Source of the DNA: Microgenomates group bacterium GW2011_GWF2_47_9
GTDB taxonomy: Bacteria > Patescibacteriota > Microgenomatia > UBA1400 > UBA12108
Direction of reading: 5' to 3'
DNA length: 48,276 nucleotides
Assembly (NCBI GenBank): GCA_001003385.1
Contig: LCPA01000001.1
Coordinates: forward strand, 1 to 48,276
Positions within the stretch are counted from its first letter, which is position 1. Each line of letters opens with the position of its first letter. The translations under genes were made by a program, and so were the position numbers. Shown here piece by piece: positions 1 through 8,974 of the stretch. The notes under the pieces were generated by a model, which saw only the letters and a list, made by a program, of their open reading frames with translations, did not search any database and was not told where the DNA came from.

Positions 1-1762
1 CCATCTCCATTCCTGTGCCGACAATTGGTGATTCGGGACGGACAAGAGGAACTGCTTGACATTGCATGTGTGTGCCCATGAGAGCGCGGTTGGCTTCGTC
101 GTGAGCGATAAAGGGAATGAGCGAGGCTGATGTACCAACAACTTGACGGGGAACAACGTCGATATATTGGACTCGTTCGACTGGGACTTCTTGGAAATTG
201 CCGCGATATCTTACCGGGACCCAAGTGTCTTTGATGTCGTTCTTCTCGTCAATCGAGATGCCGGCGTGGGTGATGTAGTAGTTCTGCTCATCATCTGGGG
301 GGAGATAGACAACTTCGTCGGTGATATGCATAACTTCTTTGTCACCCTTCTTTAGGGACTTAACTATGCGGTAGGGTGATTCTAGAAAACCGTATTCGTT
401 GACCCTTGTGTAGAGAGAGAGGTAGGTGACGAGACCAATATTTGGACCTTCTGGTGAGCGGACCGGACAGATACGGCCATATTGACTGGCATTGATGTCG
501 CGCATACTAAAGCTAGCGCGCTCGCGGGTGACACCACCACTACCCATGACGGAAAGACGGCGGAGGTTGTCAATTTCAGACAACGGATTGGTTTGGTCGA
601 GAATAGTTGAAAGGCGGTTACGACGGAAAAATTCGCTTATAGTTGCGATCACGGGTCGGGCGTTAATCAATTGGACGGGAGTAATCGATTCATCAGGTTT
701 AACGAGAGACATTTTTTCTTTGATTGATCTTTCGAGGCGAAGTAAGCCGATGCGAAAAGCGGTAGAACCGAGTAATTCTCCCACTCTTCTCACTCGACGA
801 TTGCCAAGATGATCGATGTCATCGATTTGACCAATCCCATTTTGGAGGCCAATCAAGTACTTCACGATAGCTACGATATCTGATTTTTGTAATACTTGGT
901 TTTGGGGTATGTTTTCTACCTCAAGGCCGAGTTTTTTATTGATTTTGTGACGACCAACTTTGTCCAGATCGTAACGACGAGGATCAAAGAAGCTCTGGAA
1001 GAAGAGATTCTTGGCATTCTCAAGAACGGCTGGCTCGCCGGGACGAATTTTATCGTATAGATCAAGCAAGGCTTCGTTTTGGGTGCGGTTACTATCTTTG
1101 GCTAGAGTTGCAAAGATATATTGGTGGTCTTTGTTCGCGTCAACTTCCTTAAAGAGAGAGTTCATCTCCTCATCATCAAGTCCAAGCGCGCGAAGAAGAG
1201 TAGTAACGTAGAATTTACGATGTCTGTCGATTTTGCCTGTGATCACATCGTTTTTGCCGACAGAGAGCTCTAGCCAACTACCGCGCATTGGGCGAAGTTC
1301 GGCTGTATGAAGAAGACGCCCAGAGGTTGCATCAATAGAACCTGCATAAAAAACACCAGGTGCGCGGACAAGCTGAGTAACTACTGCCCGCTCGATTCCA
1401 GCAATGATAAAAGTCCCTCGTTCGGTGATCTTGGGGATGTCACCCAAGAAGACGTCTTGTTCGGTCTCTTCTCCGGTGATTTTGTTGACAAGTAAGACTT
1501 TTACTCTTAGTGGCTGATCGTAGGTGAGTCCTTTATTGAGAGCTTGAAGGGGGGTAATTTTTGATTCTTCAAAATAATGTTCGCCGAAAGAAAGTTCCCA
1601 GGTTTTCCCAGTAAAATCTTCGATCGGGCTAATTTCCTTGAGATATTTTTTGATTCCGTTTTTTAGAAAGTCAGCGTATGAATCTTGCTGGACAGAGATG
1701 AGGTTAAGCTCGGGAATTGGTAGTCCTTGTTTCCCCCAGTACAAACGCTGTTTTTTATTCAT
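1..1762 (-). CDS. rpoB: DNA-directed RNA polymerase beta subunit, N-terminal ~587 codons (gene runs off the left edge)
   Basis: Absent from the ORF track because there is no stop in the window. My minus-strand translation from the ATG (complement of 1760-1762) reads MNKKQRLYWGKQGLPIPELNLISVQQDSYADFL...IDDIDHLGNRRVRRVGE...RRLSVMGSGGVTRERASFSMRDINASQYGRICPVRSPEGPNIGLVTY, the conserved RpoB N-terminal and rifampicin-cluster region. Confidence 0.93.
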   Translation of the reverse strand, partial: MNKKQRLYWGKQGLPIPELNLISVQQDSYADFLKNGIKKYLKEISPIEDFTGKTWELSFGEHYFEESKITPLQALNKGLTYDQPLRVKVLLVNKITGEETEQDVFLGDIPKITERGTFIIAGIERAVVTQLVRAPGVFYAGSIDATSGRLLHTAELRPMRGSWLELSVGKNDVITGKIDRHRKFYVTTLLRALGLDDEEMNSLFKEVDANKDHQYIFATLAKDSNRTQNEALLDLYDKIRPGEPAVLENAKNLFFQSFFDPRRYDLDKVGRHKINKKLGLEVENIPQNQVLQKSDIVAIVKYLIGLQNGIGQIDDIDHLGNRRVRRVGELLGSTAFRIGLLRLERSIKEKMSLVKPDESITPVQLINARPVIATISEFFRRNRLSTILDQTNPLSEIDNLRRLSVMGSGGVTRERASFSMRDINASQYGRICPVRSPEGPNIGLVTYLSLYTRVNEYGFLESPYRIVKSLKKGDKEVMHITDEVVYLPPDDEQNYYITHAGISIDEKNDIKDTWVPVRYRGNFQEVPVERVQYIDVVPRQVVGTSASLIPFIAHDEANRALMGTHMQCQAVPLVRPESPIVGTGMEM

Positions 1763-1789
1763 GGAATCTACCTCTATTAGCCACTAATA

Positions 1790-1821
1790 TAAAAACGGAC
1801 GTACTGCTGGCATGTACGCCC
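1790..1821 (-). terminator. Rho-independent terminator after mltG, just upstream of rpoB
   Basis: The minus strand reads GGGCGTAC-ATGCCAGCA-GTACGTCC-GTTTTTA. This is an 8-bp stem (one G.U pair), a 9-nt loop and a T-run. It lies 74 nt after the mltG stop. Confidence 0.6.
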
Positions 1822-1894
1822 ATAAAAGCACCACCGGGCAATGGGCTATTAAAACACTACCGAGGTATTTCGTCAATAGGTAAATGGGGGTAAT

Positions 1895-2845
1895 TTAGCG
1901 AATGAACTCGACAATATTTTGTTCGTGATCACTACTTGTCTTCGCGTAGTGAATTTGACCATTACTATCATGCAAGTAAAACCAAAAAGGACTATCTTGG
2001 GGAGCAAGAACTGCTTTAAGAGAGGCAAGGCCCGGGGAGCAGATTGGGGAGGGGGGTAAGCCTGAGACTAGATAGGTGTTATAGGGAGAAGGATATTTCC
2101 GATCAAGAAGAGTGGTGTTGGGCCACCATTCCTCGGCTGACCCTAGAGCGTATTGGACGGTTGCGTCTAGTTGAAGAGGCCAGCCTGCCGAAAGGCGCTT
2201 TTTGAGGATGCCGGCCACAATCGGTTTTTCTTCGTCTCCCCTAGTTTCTCTTTCCACCAGGGAGGCAAGGATAACATCCTCTTTCGTTAAGTTGAGGGGA
2301 CCCACAAGACGATGAAAATTGGCGGACATTTGACTTACTAATTTGTCGGCTGTCGTACCACGAGGCAAGAAATAGGTGTCAGGGAATAGTTCAAACTCAT
2401 GGCCTTTTGCCGCGGCTAGAAAATCTTCCTCGGGGATACCCAAGACGGAACTGGCGGTATGAGCCATTTGTTCGAGGCGATATCCTTCGGGGAAAGTAAT
2501 TTTGAGATCAGAGATCCCGCGGGTCAGGGAGAGAGCGATGCTCTCGGCAGACATAGAGGGAGTCAAATTGTAAGTGCCGGCCTGGATTTTGTAATCGAGG
2601 CCTAATTTCTTGACGGCAAGCTTAAAAGCGAGGGGTGAGCGGATGAGGTTCTTAGAGTGTAGATTTGCGCCAATTTCACCAATTGTTTCGCCCTGCCTAA
2701 CCTCGAATACCTGAACGGCCTGACTTATGCGATCGACTGGAGCGGAGATACTGCGAAAAAATAGGATTATGCTCAGGATAAAAAAGGCAACGAAAACTGC
2801 CATACTCAAATAGAAGAGTTTGGGGACGGACCTACGAGCACGCAT
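1895..2845 (-). CDS. mltG: Endolytic murein transglycosylase MltG (YceG family)
   Basis: 316 aa with an N-terminal TM anchor. YceG-like core with LASLVERETR (catalytic Glu context), QLDATVQY and YNTYLVSGLPPSPICSPG. Confidence 0.88.
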   Translation of the reverse strand: MRARRSVPKLFYLSMAVFVAFFILSIILFFRSISAPVDRISQAVQVFEVRQGETIGEIGANLHSKNLIRSPLAFKLAVKKLGLDYKIQAGTYNLTPSMSAESIALSLTRGISDLKITFPEGYRLEQMAHTASSVLGIPEEDFLAAAKGHEFELFPDTYFLPRGTTADKLVSQMSANFHRLVGPLNLTKEDVILASLVERETRGDEEKPIVAGILKKRLSAGWPLQLDATVQYALGSAEEWWPNTTLLDRKYPSPYNTYLVSGLPPSPICSPGLASLKAVLAPQDSPFWFYLHDSNGQIHYAKTSSDHEQNIVEFIR

Positions 2846-3045
2846 TAGACCTCGGAAAAAAGTGCGCGACGGTAAGTTTTTGGTTTGGGATCAAAGATAA
2901 AAATACGGCCACATTTACAGGTAACTTTCTCAGTCCCACCTACCCTTTTAACATGGCTGGCTTTGGAAAGAGGAGTCCCACAACCAACGCATTGTCCTCT
3001 AGACATTAACCAGGCTTGAATGGGGGCGATTACATTTTTTAACAT
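2845..3045 (-). CDS. Small zinc-ribbon protein (CxxC...CxC), function unknown
   Basis: 66 aa containing CVGCG...CKCG. GGAGG lies 5 nt upstream of the ATG (complement of 3051-3055). The stop overlaps the mltG start by 1 nt. Confidence 0.5.
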   Translation of the reverse strand: MLKNVIAPIQAWLMSRGQCVGCGTPLSKASHVKRVGGTEKVTCKCGRIFIFDPKPKTYRRALFSEV

Positions 3046-3094
3046 TTTTGCCTCCTTACAAATATTTGACTAACCCTATTATACCTATAATTTC

Positions 3095-3475
3095 TTATTT
3101 ATTCAGATCGAGATAATCTTCAAGGATAAGACAGGCAGAATAGATGTGATCGTTGGCGAGTTTTTTGCGTTTTGCCCCGATTTCTCTCAGGTTGGCAAGA
3201 GCTGTTTTTGTGGTGAGGGTTTCTTCGTGCAGATGAACTGGGAGACCTAAAGCGAGTTTGACTTCTTCTGCAAACTTTATAACGACGTTTTCAAGTCTAC
3301 CCTCGGGAATGCCAATAACTAATTCCTGAGCCCTGACATCAAGGGCGATTTGTTTGAGCTTGGGGAAAAGGGTTGCGTCGTTTGGGAGAGTGATAAGAGG
3401 TCTCGCAAGTGGCCCATCCGCATAGGCGAGTCCAATGTGTTTGAGTCCGTAGTCAATGCCAAGCATTGTTTTCAT
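3095..3475 (-). CDS. ruvX: Putative pre-16S rRNA nuclease / Holliday junction resolvase-like YqgF
   Basis: 126 aa starting MKTMLGIDYGLKHIGLAYAD (RNase H-like YqgF N-terminus). ATGA overlap with the upstream sortase gene. Sits in the canonical alaS-ruvX-mltG neighbourhood. Confidence 0.85.
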   Translation of the reverse strand: MKTMLGIDYGLKHIGLAYADGPLARPLITLPNDATLFPKLKQIALDVRAQELVIGIPEGRLENVVIKFAEEVKLALGLPVHLHEETLTTKTALANLREIGAKRKKLANDHIYSACLILEDYLDLNK

Positions 3476-4215
3476 CTTAGCTCCGCCTTCACAATTAGGC
3501 GACGAAGGTATGTACCGGGCGGAGTGCAGGTAATGAGGGTCAGGTTGCGCGCTGAGTATGATTGGGCAAGTGGAGTGAGATTGTCTGGCATAACTTCGTA
3601 CATATCGGTTATTGTATAGGTAAATTCAGCTCCATCTGAGTATACCTTGATTTCATCACCCTTACTCAAAGTGTGGAGGGTTGAGAAGATTGTAATGTAG
3701 CTTTCGGGATTAAAGAACTGAGGCAAGACCGAGTGGCCGAAAATAACGGTATTGCCCAGATCTCCTGGCGAGGCGGTGCCGGGATAGTGAATAAGCGAAC
3801 GCTTGAGATCGGTATGAGTGTCTTCGACCGAGGCATTTTCAATCCCAAGACTGGGAATTGAGAGTTGATAACCGAGTGAGGGGGTCTTTGTGGTCTGGGG
3901 GGTGGGGAACCATGTAGTTGAGTCTGTATAGTCGAGAGTGGTGTTGATCATTTCGGGAAAAAAAGCGGGTTCAGATTTTTCTCTTTCAGGCTCCATGGAA
4001 TCTGTTTTGTCACCTGCGACTGAGGGCGTGAGTTCACCAATAACTAAGCGGGGGGCGAGGGCAATTTGATAATAAATGAGTGGATAGGCTACGGAAGTAA
4101 AGGCGGAAATCCCAAGCGTGAGCAAGATTGCTGAAAACGTTTTACGAAGGACTACTGTGGGCTTTACCTTGCGCTTCAACGTGTATCCAGGCGGAGCCTT
4201 GACGTATTTATACAT
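3472..4215 (-). CDS. Sortase-family transpeptidase, membrane anchored
   Basis: 247 aa with an N-terminal TM helix. Catalytic triad contexts are present: VIFGHS (His), LTLITCTPPG (TLxTC Cys) and RRLIV (Arg). Confidence 0.85.
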   Translation of the reverse strand: MYKYVKAPPGYTLKRKVKPTVVLRKTFSAILLTLGISAFTSVAYPLIYYQIALAPRLVIGELTPSVAGDKTDSMEPEREKSEPAFFPEMINTTLDYTDSTTWFPTPQTTKTPSLGYQLSIPSLGIENASVEDTHTDLKRSLIHYPGTASPGDLGNTVIFGHSVLPQFFNPESYITIFSTLHTLSKGDEIKVYSDGAEFTYTITDMYEVMPDNLTPLAQSYSARNLTLITCTPPGTYLRRLIVKAELR

Positions 4216-4259
4216 ATATTTAGTATACGACAGTTGGGTATCAAAAAAGTCGGAGTAGT

Positions 4260-6470
4260 TTAGGTTGATCTAATTAGAACCGTAATATTATTGGGATTTT
4301 TCGGTAGGCGTTTGAAGCGGGGGGGGAGCCAGAGAGGCGTAATACTAACGTTGGCATTTTTTAATCCGGCAAGACCGGAGAGCGCGGTTTCGACATTGCT
4401 TGAGGACTGGCCTTTAAGGGAGAGGGCGACCGATGTTTTGTCGACAATCGGGAGTAGTTCGACAGTAACCTTGCTTGCGGCTGTGAGAGTATTCTCACTT
4501 TCTGACTTTACTTCGTTAAGCTCGATAACGGGAAGTGAGTCCGTGCGAACGTATCCTGGAGGAATGGCTTTCTCAAGTGTAGAAGCTACTAATTCCTCGA
4601 TGTCGTGTTTCTTGTAACTTAGGCCTTTGGCGTTAATTGTAAGAGTGAGGGTAAGCAGATCGGCGGGGGAACCTAGCTCGGAAGAATAAGATTCAGAGGT
4701 GATTTTACTGCCTCCGCCCAAAATATAGATTCCACTATCGTCGCCTAGAGTACTTTCTAGCTCGGCCTGGGCCGAGGTTTCAAGTTTTTTGACGAGACTA
4801 TCTTTTAGTGAGGCTAGGTCTTCTTTATCGACAACTCGCACTTCTTCTGAACTCCCACCTGATAAAGCACTTTCGTTTTTAGCCACGTAGGTTTCTTTGG
4901 TAAAGGAACCTATTACAAGTTCGGATCCGGCGGGGAGATTACTTTCGGCGCCGATTGAGACAGCGACAATTTTTGTGGTAGCTTTGCCTGGTACGTCGAC
5001 ATAATCTATCCCTGCAGACTTACTTGCAACCGAAACGTCGTCAACGAGGGCAAACTTGAGTTTTCCATAGGCGAGGACTGTATCTTTTAGAAAAGTCTTG
5101 GGGAGAGAAGTGCGATTGTAGATGACAACCTCCCCTTCCGCCAGGTCCCCGATGATTTTAGTACCGGTTGTCTCAATACTATCTTCACCAGTAACAGTTT
5201 TCTCAACAAGACTAGCGGGGATAGTGGTATTTTCAAGATCAATTGAAGAGACTTCTGTCGAGAGCGTCAGATTAACCTCTTCTTCTAGCGACTTGGTCTC
5301 GATGTAGAGCTCGACAATGGCTTTGGGCACTAACCAAATAGCAGAGAATATAGCTCCCAAGATCACGATAGCGCCGACGGGGATCAGGACGAGGGATTTT
5401 GGACCATGAAATTTGAAGCGAGGGAGTGAGATGTGGGGTGGGGATATTTTCTTAAATTTGAATGGGCGATGCTTTTTCTTTGTGGGGGTGGGTGGGTCGA
5501 CGGTGACAGGCGATGGATCAGATGTGGGGGGTGATACTTCTGGCTCGGGAGTATTTGCGGTAGTAAAACCAAAATCTTCAGCCGAGGCCAAGAGAATATT
5601 GTCATCCTCCAGATTCGCCGGTGAGGGAGAATCTGGGACTTCTGTGGGGGCGGGCGGGGATACCTTGAGTTCTTCATCTTTGATAGGTAGCGGCTCATGG
5701 ATCTCAAAACCAATGGCTTTGGCGACCTCACTTCCTCCAGCAATGGCAACAGAACGGATTACAACATCTTTGGGGAGACTTTCAATTTTGGGGATGTGGA
5801 GAAAGTTAAATTTAGATTTCCAGTCGAAGGAAGTGAGATTTTGTACAATTTCGTCAAGATTGTGCATGCTATTAAAAACAATTATTCGGGAGGGGAGAGG
5901 ATTGTCGTCGGCGAGTCTAGAGAGGCCTTCTTCCACGTCTGACGCAAGATCGTCGCTTTTAGCGATACTCTCTTTACCTTCAATCTTCCCAAGCTTGATT
6001 ATGGCGAGGTGAACAAGGTCTTTGGTAATTTGAATGAGAATAGAAGTGGTGGGCGTTCCTTCCTGCAGACGTAGATAGCGAATCAAACTGTCTGATACAA
6101 CAACGAAGCCCAGGGGTTTTAGCTCTAATTCTTTTGAAAGGTGCTTAATGAGCTCCAATTTGGGAGGAAGGATCCCCTCCTGGTTAGTCCAGTTGTCGGC
6201 GACCCCGAAGATAATTTCACTAGGCTCCTCGTCAAGTCCTTCGATTGCGCTAGAGATGGTTGCATCACATGAAGTCAAGAATTCACTCTTGTCGTTATCA
6301 GCGCCATCCCACTCGACAGGAGAACCGACTGCGATTACTGCGGTTTGACCTGCCTGTACTTGCCAAACTGCCGCCTGGACCAGTTCGTCTGTGAGAGTAA
6401 GGGCAAGGAACGGAGTAGGCTTTGATTTGCTATCAGAGCGAAGTTTGCCCAAGATGTTACTTATCTCCAT
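4260..6470 (-). CDS. Bitopic membrane protein of unknown function: degenerate FtsA/PilM-like cytoplasmic domain, Pro-rich linker, one TM helix, large beta-rich outer domain
   Basis: 736 aa. The N-terminal ~260 aa has an ASKHA-like layout (FLALTLTDE..., ILIQITKDLVHLAII, VAIAGGSEVA) but lacks the DxG phosphate motifs. It is followed by PPAPTEVPDSPSP...PPTPTKKKHRPFKFKK and then the TM helix LVLIPVGAIVILGAIFSAIWLV. The remaining ~350 aa are Ser/Thr/Val-rich. Confidence 0.45.
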   Translation of the reverse strand: MEISNILGKLRSDSKSKPTPFLALTLTDELVQAAVWQVQAGQTAVIAVGSPVEWDGADNDKSEFLTSCDATISSAIEGLDEEPSEIIFGVADNWTNQEGILPPKLELIKHLSKELELKPLGFVVVSDSLIRYLRLQEGTPTTSILIQITKDLVHLAIIKLGKIEGKESIAKSDDLASDVEEGLSRLADDNPLPSRIIVFNSMHNLDEIVQNLTSFDWKSKFNFLHIPKIESLPKDVVIRSVAIAGGSEVAKAIGFEIHEPLPIKDEELKVSPPAPTEVPDSPSPANLEDDNILLASAEDFGFTTANTPEPEVSPPTSDPSPVTVDPPTPTKKKHRPFKFKKISPPHISLPRFKFHGPKSLVLIPVGAIVILGAIFSAIWLVPKAIVELYIETKSLEEEVNLTLSTEVSSIDLENTTIPASLVEKTVTGEDSIETTGTKIIGDLAEGEVVIYNRTSLPKTFLKDTVLAYGKLKFALVDDVSVASKSAGIDYVDVPGKATTKIVAVSIGAESNLPAGSELVIGSFTKETYVAKNESALSGGSSEEVRVVDKEDLASLKDSLVKKLETSAQAELESTLGDDSGIYILGGGSKITSESYSSELGSPADLLTLTLTINAKGLSYKKHDIEELVASTLEKAIPPGYVRTDSLPVIELNEVKSESENTLTAASKVTVELLPIVDKTSVALSLKGQSSSNVETALSGLAGLKNANVSITPLWLPPRFKRLPKNPNNITVLIRST

Positions 6471-6503
6471 ATGTTAACAATAACACAACAGTAAAAAACT
6501 GGG

Positions 6504-8267
6504 CTAGACAAAGCGAATGTAAATCCGGCGGATCCCCTGCCCCAGATTTTCGTCTTTGACAAGCTCAAGAGGGCCAATTGCACTAGTATGTGCAACGTGG
6601 GGACCACCACAAAGTTCGTGACTATAACTGCCAATTGAGTACACGGTGACACGGTCGGGATATTTTTCAGGAAAGAACGCGCGGACGCCGCTTCTTAAGG
6701 CTTTGTCTTTGTCCTGTATAGCCTTGGTGACTGGCAAGTTGTCAGCAATCTTTTGATTGACAACGTGGATGACTCTGGCTAATTGATCATTACTAGGCTT
6801 GTCCGAATAGGTATAGTCGAAACGAAGTCTCTCGCTATTAATATTGCTACCAGCCTGGGTGACTTCTTCGCCTAAGACGTCTACGAGGGCCTGGTGTACG
6901 AGATGGGTGGCGGTGTGATATCGGGTGGTAGTTTCTGACTGATCGGCCAGACCCCCTTTGAACATGCCAGCACTAGCGGTTCGACTTTTGCTCTGGTGGG
7001 CTTGGAGAAGCTTGTTAAATTTGGTCTCGTCGAGCTTGATGGAGGTAAGCTCCTGAGTGATCTCAAAGGGAAAACCAAGAGACTGATATAGGTCAAAGGC
7101 AAGTTGTTCGTTGACCTTGTTGGCTTTGCCAAGCTCTCGCTCTCCTCTTATGAGTGCACTGGTGAACTTGTCTAGTTCGGCGGAGATCAACTCTGCCACA
7201 CCTGAAGCTGAGTCGGCAGAGATGAAGCCGGCAGATGAGTAGAAACCAATAATTGAGGGGATACTGGCGAGAAAGATTTCTTTGGCATCGCCGCCTAGTG
7301 AGCGCGCACGTACAGCCGCACGACGGAGGAGTCGGCGCATAGTGTATCCCTGGAGCTTGTTACTGGGGACTAAGCCCTGAGCAGACATGAAAGTCGCCGC
7401 GCGCAAGTGATCGGCAATCACGCGCATAGCAGGCATATTGGCGCCCTTGTATTTTTTGCCAGTCACTTGTTCGATCGTGCTAATGATCGGAGTAAAAAGA
7501 TCAGTAGCAAAGACGTCGGGAGTATCCTGAACCGCGGCCACGATACGCTCGAACCCACCCCCGAAGTCGACGTTTTGAGCGGGGAGCTTGCGCAAACCCT
7601 CGCTAGTCATCTCATATTCCATAAAAACGGAGTTACCAATCTCTAAGAATCTGCCACAGTCGCAGTTAACGTGACACTCTTTGCCATAGCTTGAATCGTG
7701 GTTGACAGCTGTATACTCGAAAAAGATCTCGCTGGTTGGGCCGCCAACCTCACCAATTGGCATGTTGTCTGGAGTTCCTGCCCGACTCCACCAGTTTTTA
7801 CTACTGTCATAGTAGTGAATGTGGTCATCTTTGAGGCCGAGTTTGTGCCAAAGTAGGTAGGACTCTTGATCCTTGGGAACTGTATTATCACCCTGAAAGA
7901 GAGTGACGTGAAGGCGAGCTGGGTCTAGGGCTAGCTCCTTGGTGAAAAACTCCCAGACCCAAGGTAGTTGATCGGCCTTGAAATAGTCTCCTAGACTCCA
8001 GTTGCCAAGCATCTCGAACATAGTGGTGTGGCGGTTGTCACCAACACTTTCGATGTCTTCGGCGCGGAAACTGGGCTGAGAGTCCACCAGGCGAGTTCCC
8101 ATGGGGTGCTTTTCTCCCTTGAGATATGGGACTAATTGTTGCATGCCGGAGCCGTTAAAGAGGGTGGTGGGGTCGTCACGCGGAATGATCGGGGCGGCAG
8201 GAATAACTGCATGGCCACGTTTGGCAAAAAAATCTAGATATTTTTGACGGATTTCGCTTGCTTTCAT
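6504..8267 (-). CDS. alaS: Alanine--tRNA ligase, short form (catalytic, tRNA-recognition and editing domains; no C-Ala domain)
   Basis: Canonical N-terminus MKASEIRQKYLDFFAKRGH from the ATG at complement 8265-8267. Editing-site motifs HTATHLVHQAL and CGGPHV are present. The ORF track extends to a GTG at 8309, which would add 14 aa, so the start is uncertain. Confidence 0.9.
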   Translation of the reverse strand: MKASEIRQKYLDFFAKRGHAVIPAAPIIPRDDPTTLFNGSGMQQLVPYLKGEKHPMGTRLVDSQPSFRAEDIESVGDNRHTTMFEMLGNWSLGDYFKADQLPWVWEFFTKELALDPARLHVTLFQGDNTVPKDQESYLLWHKLGLKDDHIHYYDSSKNWWSRAGTPDNMPIGEVGGPTSEIFFEYTAVNHDSSYGKECHVNCDCGRFLEIGNSVFMEYEMTSEGLRKLPAQNVDFGGGFERIVAAVQDTPDVFATDLFTPIISTIEQVTGKKYKGANMPAMRVIADHLRAATFMSAQGLVPSNKLQGYTMRRLLRRAAVRARSLGGDAKEIFLASIPSIIGFYSSAGFISADSASGVAELISAELDKFTSALIRGERELGKANKVNEQLAFDLYQSLGFPFEITQELTSIKLDETKFNKLLQAHQSKSRTASAGMFKGGLADQSETTTRYHTATHLVHQALVDVLGEEVTQAGSNINSERLRFDYTYSDKPSNDQLARVIHVVNQKIADNLPVTKAIQDKDKALRSGVRAFFPEKYPDRVTVYSIGSYSHELCGGPHVAHTSAIGPLELVKDENLGQGIRRIYIRFV

Positions 8268-8308
8268 GAGGAGTATTGTACCCCACTTGGAAGCTAGGGG
8301 GGAAGACA

Positions 8309-8677
8309 CTATTTGCCTAGCGATGCCCCCATGCGGCGGAAGAAGGTTTTTTTGGGGGTGGTGGGGGCGGTAGAGGTGGCAATAAAAGTTGCGGCGCTGT
8401 GAATCTTGGATTCGGCGCCCTCGGCTGTGTTTTGGAGGGTGGCCCTTGCTTGTCGCATTGTCGTCTCTAGGTCGGCTAGTTTGTCGGCAATGGCCGGGTT
8501 TTCGGCGAGTTCGAGTATTTTCTCACTAGCCCCGGATTTGAGAGAGTCTAAAAGTTCTTGACCCTTCTCTGACCACAACAGGTATCCACCGGCGCCTCCC
8601 AAGACGATCCCCAGCAATACTCCAGCTGAAAAGCCGGAATTACCTGAAGATTGACATTGTGGACAGGAATTGGTCAT
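8309..8677 (-). CDS. YtxH-domain protein (general-stress-type membrane-associated protein)
   Basis: 122 aa with a glycine-zipper helix GVLLGIVLGGAGGYLLWSEKGQELLDSLKSG followed by an amphipathic helical region. Overlaps the upstream DUF948-like gene by 4 nt. Confidence 0.6.
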   Translation of the reverse strand: MTNSCPQCQSSGNSGFSAGVLLGIVLGGAGGYLLWSEKGQELLDSLKSGASEKILELAENPAIADKLADLETTMRQARATLQNTAEGAESKIHSAATFIATSTAPTTPKKTFFRRMGASLGK

Positions 8678-8937
8678 TTCTTTTTACTGCTAAGTAATTT
8701 GGAGACAAGCTCCACAACCTGCATGCCCGATTGTAACCCAGAGGCCAGATGGGAAAGGCCCGAGGAGGTACGTAGAAGATTGTTGGAGAGGTATCCAATA
8801 TCAGACAGGAGATTGTCGGCTTTTTTCAGGGTTTCCCTGGCATCCCGAAGAAGAAAAATAATCTGAACCCCAATGATGGTAAGAATAATTGAGATCACAA
8901 AAATTGCGGTTAAGAGCAGGATTTGAGGCAGGTCCAT
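8674..8937 (-). CDS. DUF948-like small membrane protein (YtxG-like)
   Basis: MDLPQILLLTAIFVISIILTIIGVQIIFLLRDARETLKKADNLL is the typical TM-plus-helix layout. Pairing with a YtxH gene mirrors ytxG-ytxH. The track starts at a TTG (8946). I prefer the ATG at complement 8935-8937 because a full promoter sits directly upstream. Confidence 0.55.
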   Translation of the reverse strand: MDLPQILLLTAIFVISIILTIIGVQIIFLLRDARETLKKADNLLSDIGYLSNNLLRTSSGLSHLASGLQSGMQVVELVSKLLSSKKK

Positions 8938-8945
8938 ATGCACCA

Positions 8946-8974
8946 ATCATAGCAATTTTCAAGGATAATGCCAA
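8946..8974 (-). promoter_or_regulatory. Sigma70-type promoter for the DUF948-ytxH-alaS transcription unit
   Basis: The minus strand reads TTGGCA (complement 8969-8974), a 17-nt spacer, then TGc-TATGAT (complement 8946-8954). The ATG is 8 nt downstream and there is no SD. Confidence 0.6.

Noticed and set aside
1763-1894. Intergenic spacers over 100 bp (1763-1894, 19754-19859, 23471-23596, 26214-26406, 46727-46897) screened for tRNA or other structured RNA genes
   Set aside because: I could fold no cloverleaf-compatible arms or conserved ncRNA motifs by eye. The spacers are explained by promoters, terminators and the CIRCE-like element. A covariance-model scan would be needed to exclude small RNAs.
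4319-4326. Homopolymer G/C runs of 7-8 nt as phase-variation switches (4319-4326, 16905-16911, 35354-35360, 39801-39807, 40489-40495, 47335-47341, 12379-12385)
   Set aside because: They occur equally in essential genes such as rnj, all are in frame encoding Pro-Pro or Gly-Gly, and none sits near a start codon.
4260-5400. Outer domain of the 736-aa protein as a phage baseplate-J remnant or prophage marker
   Set aside because: There are no other phage genes, integrase or att-like repeats nearby, and the gene is embedded in a housekeeping operon. Any baseplate-like similarity would be a fold resemblance only and cannot be verified here.
5413-6012. Long antisense ORFs: 5413-6012+, 10987-11541-, 22885-23346-, 26423-27064+, 36898-37617- and 45001-45570-
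   Set aside because: Each lies wholly inside a well-supported gene on the opposite strand or in another frame. Each has low-complexity composition (Ser/Arg/Pro-rich) and no recognisable motifs.
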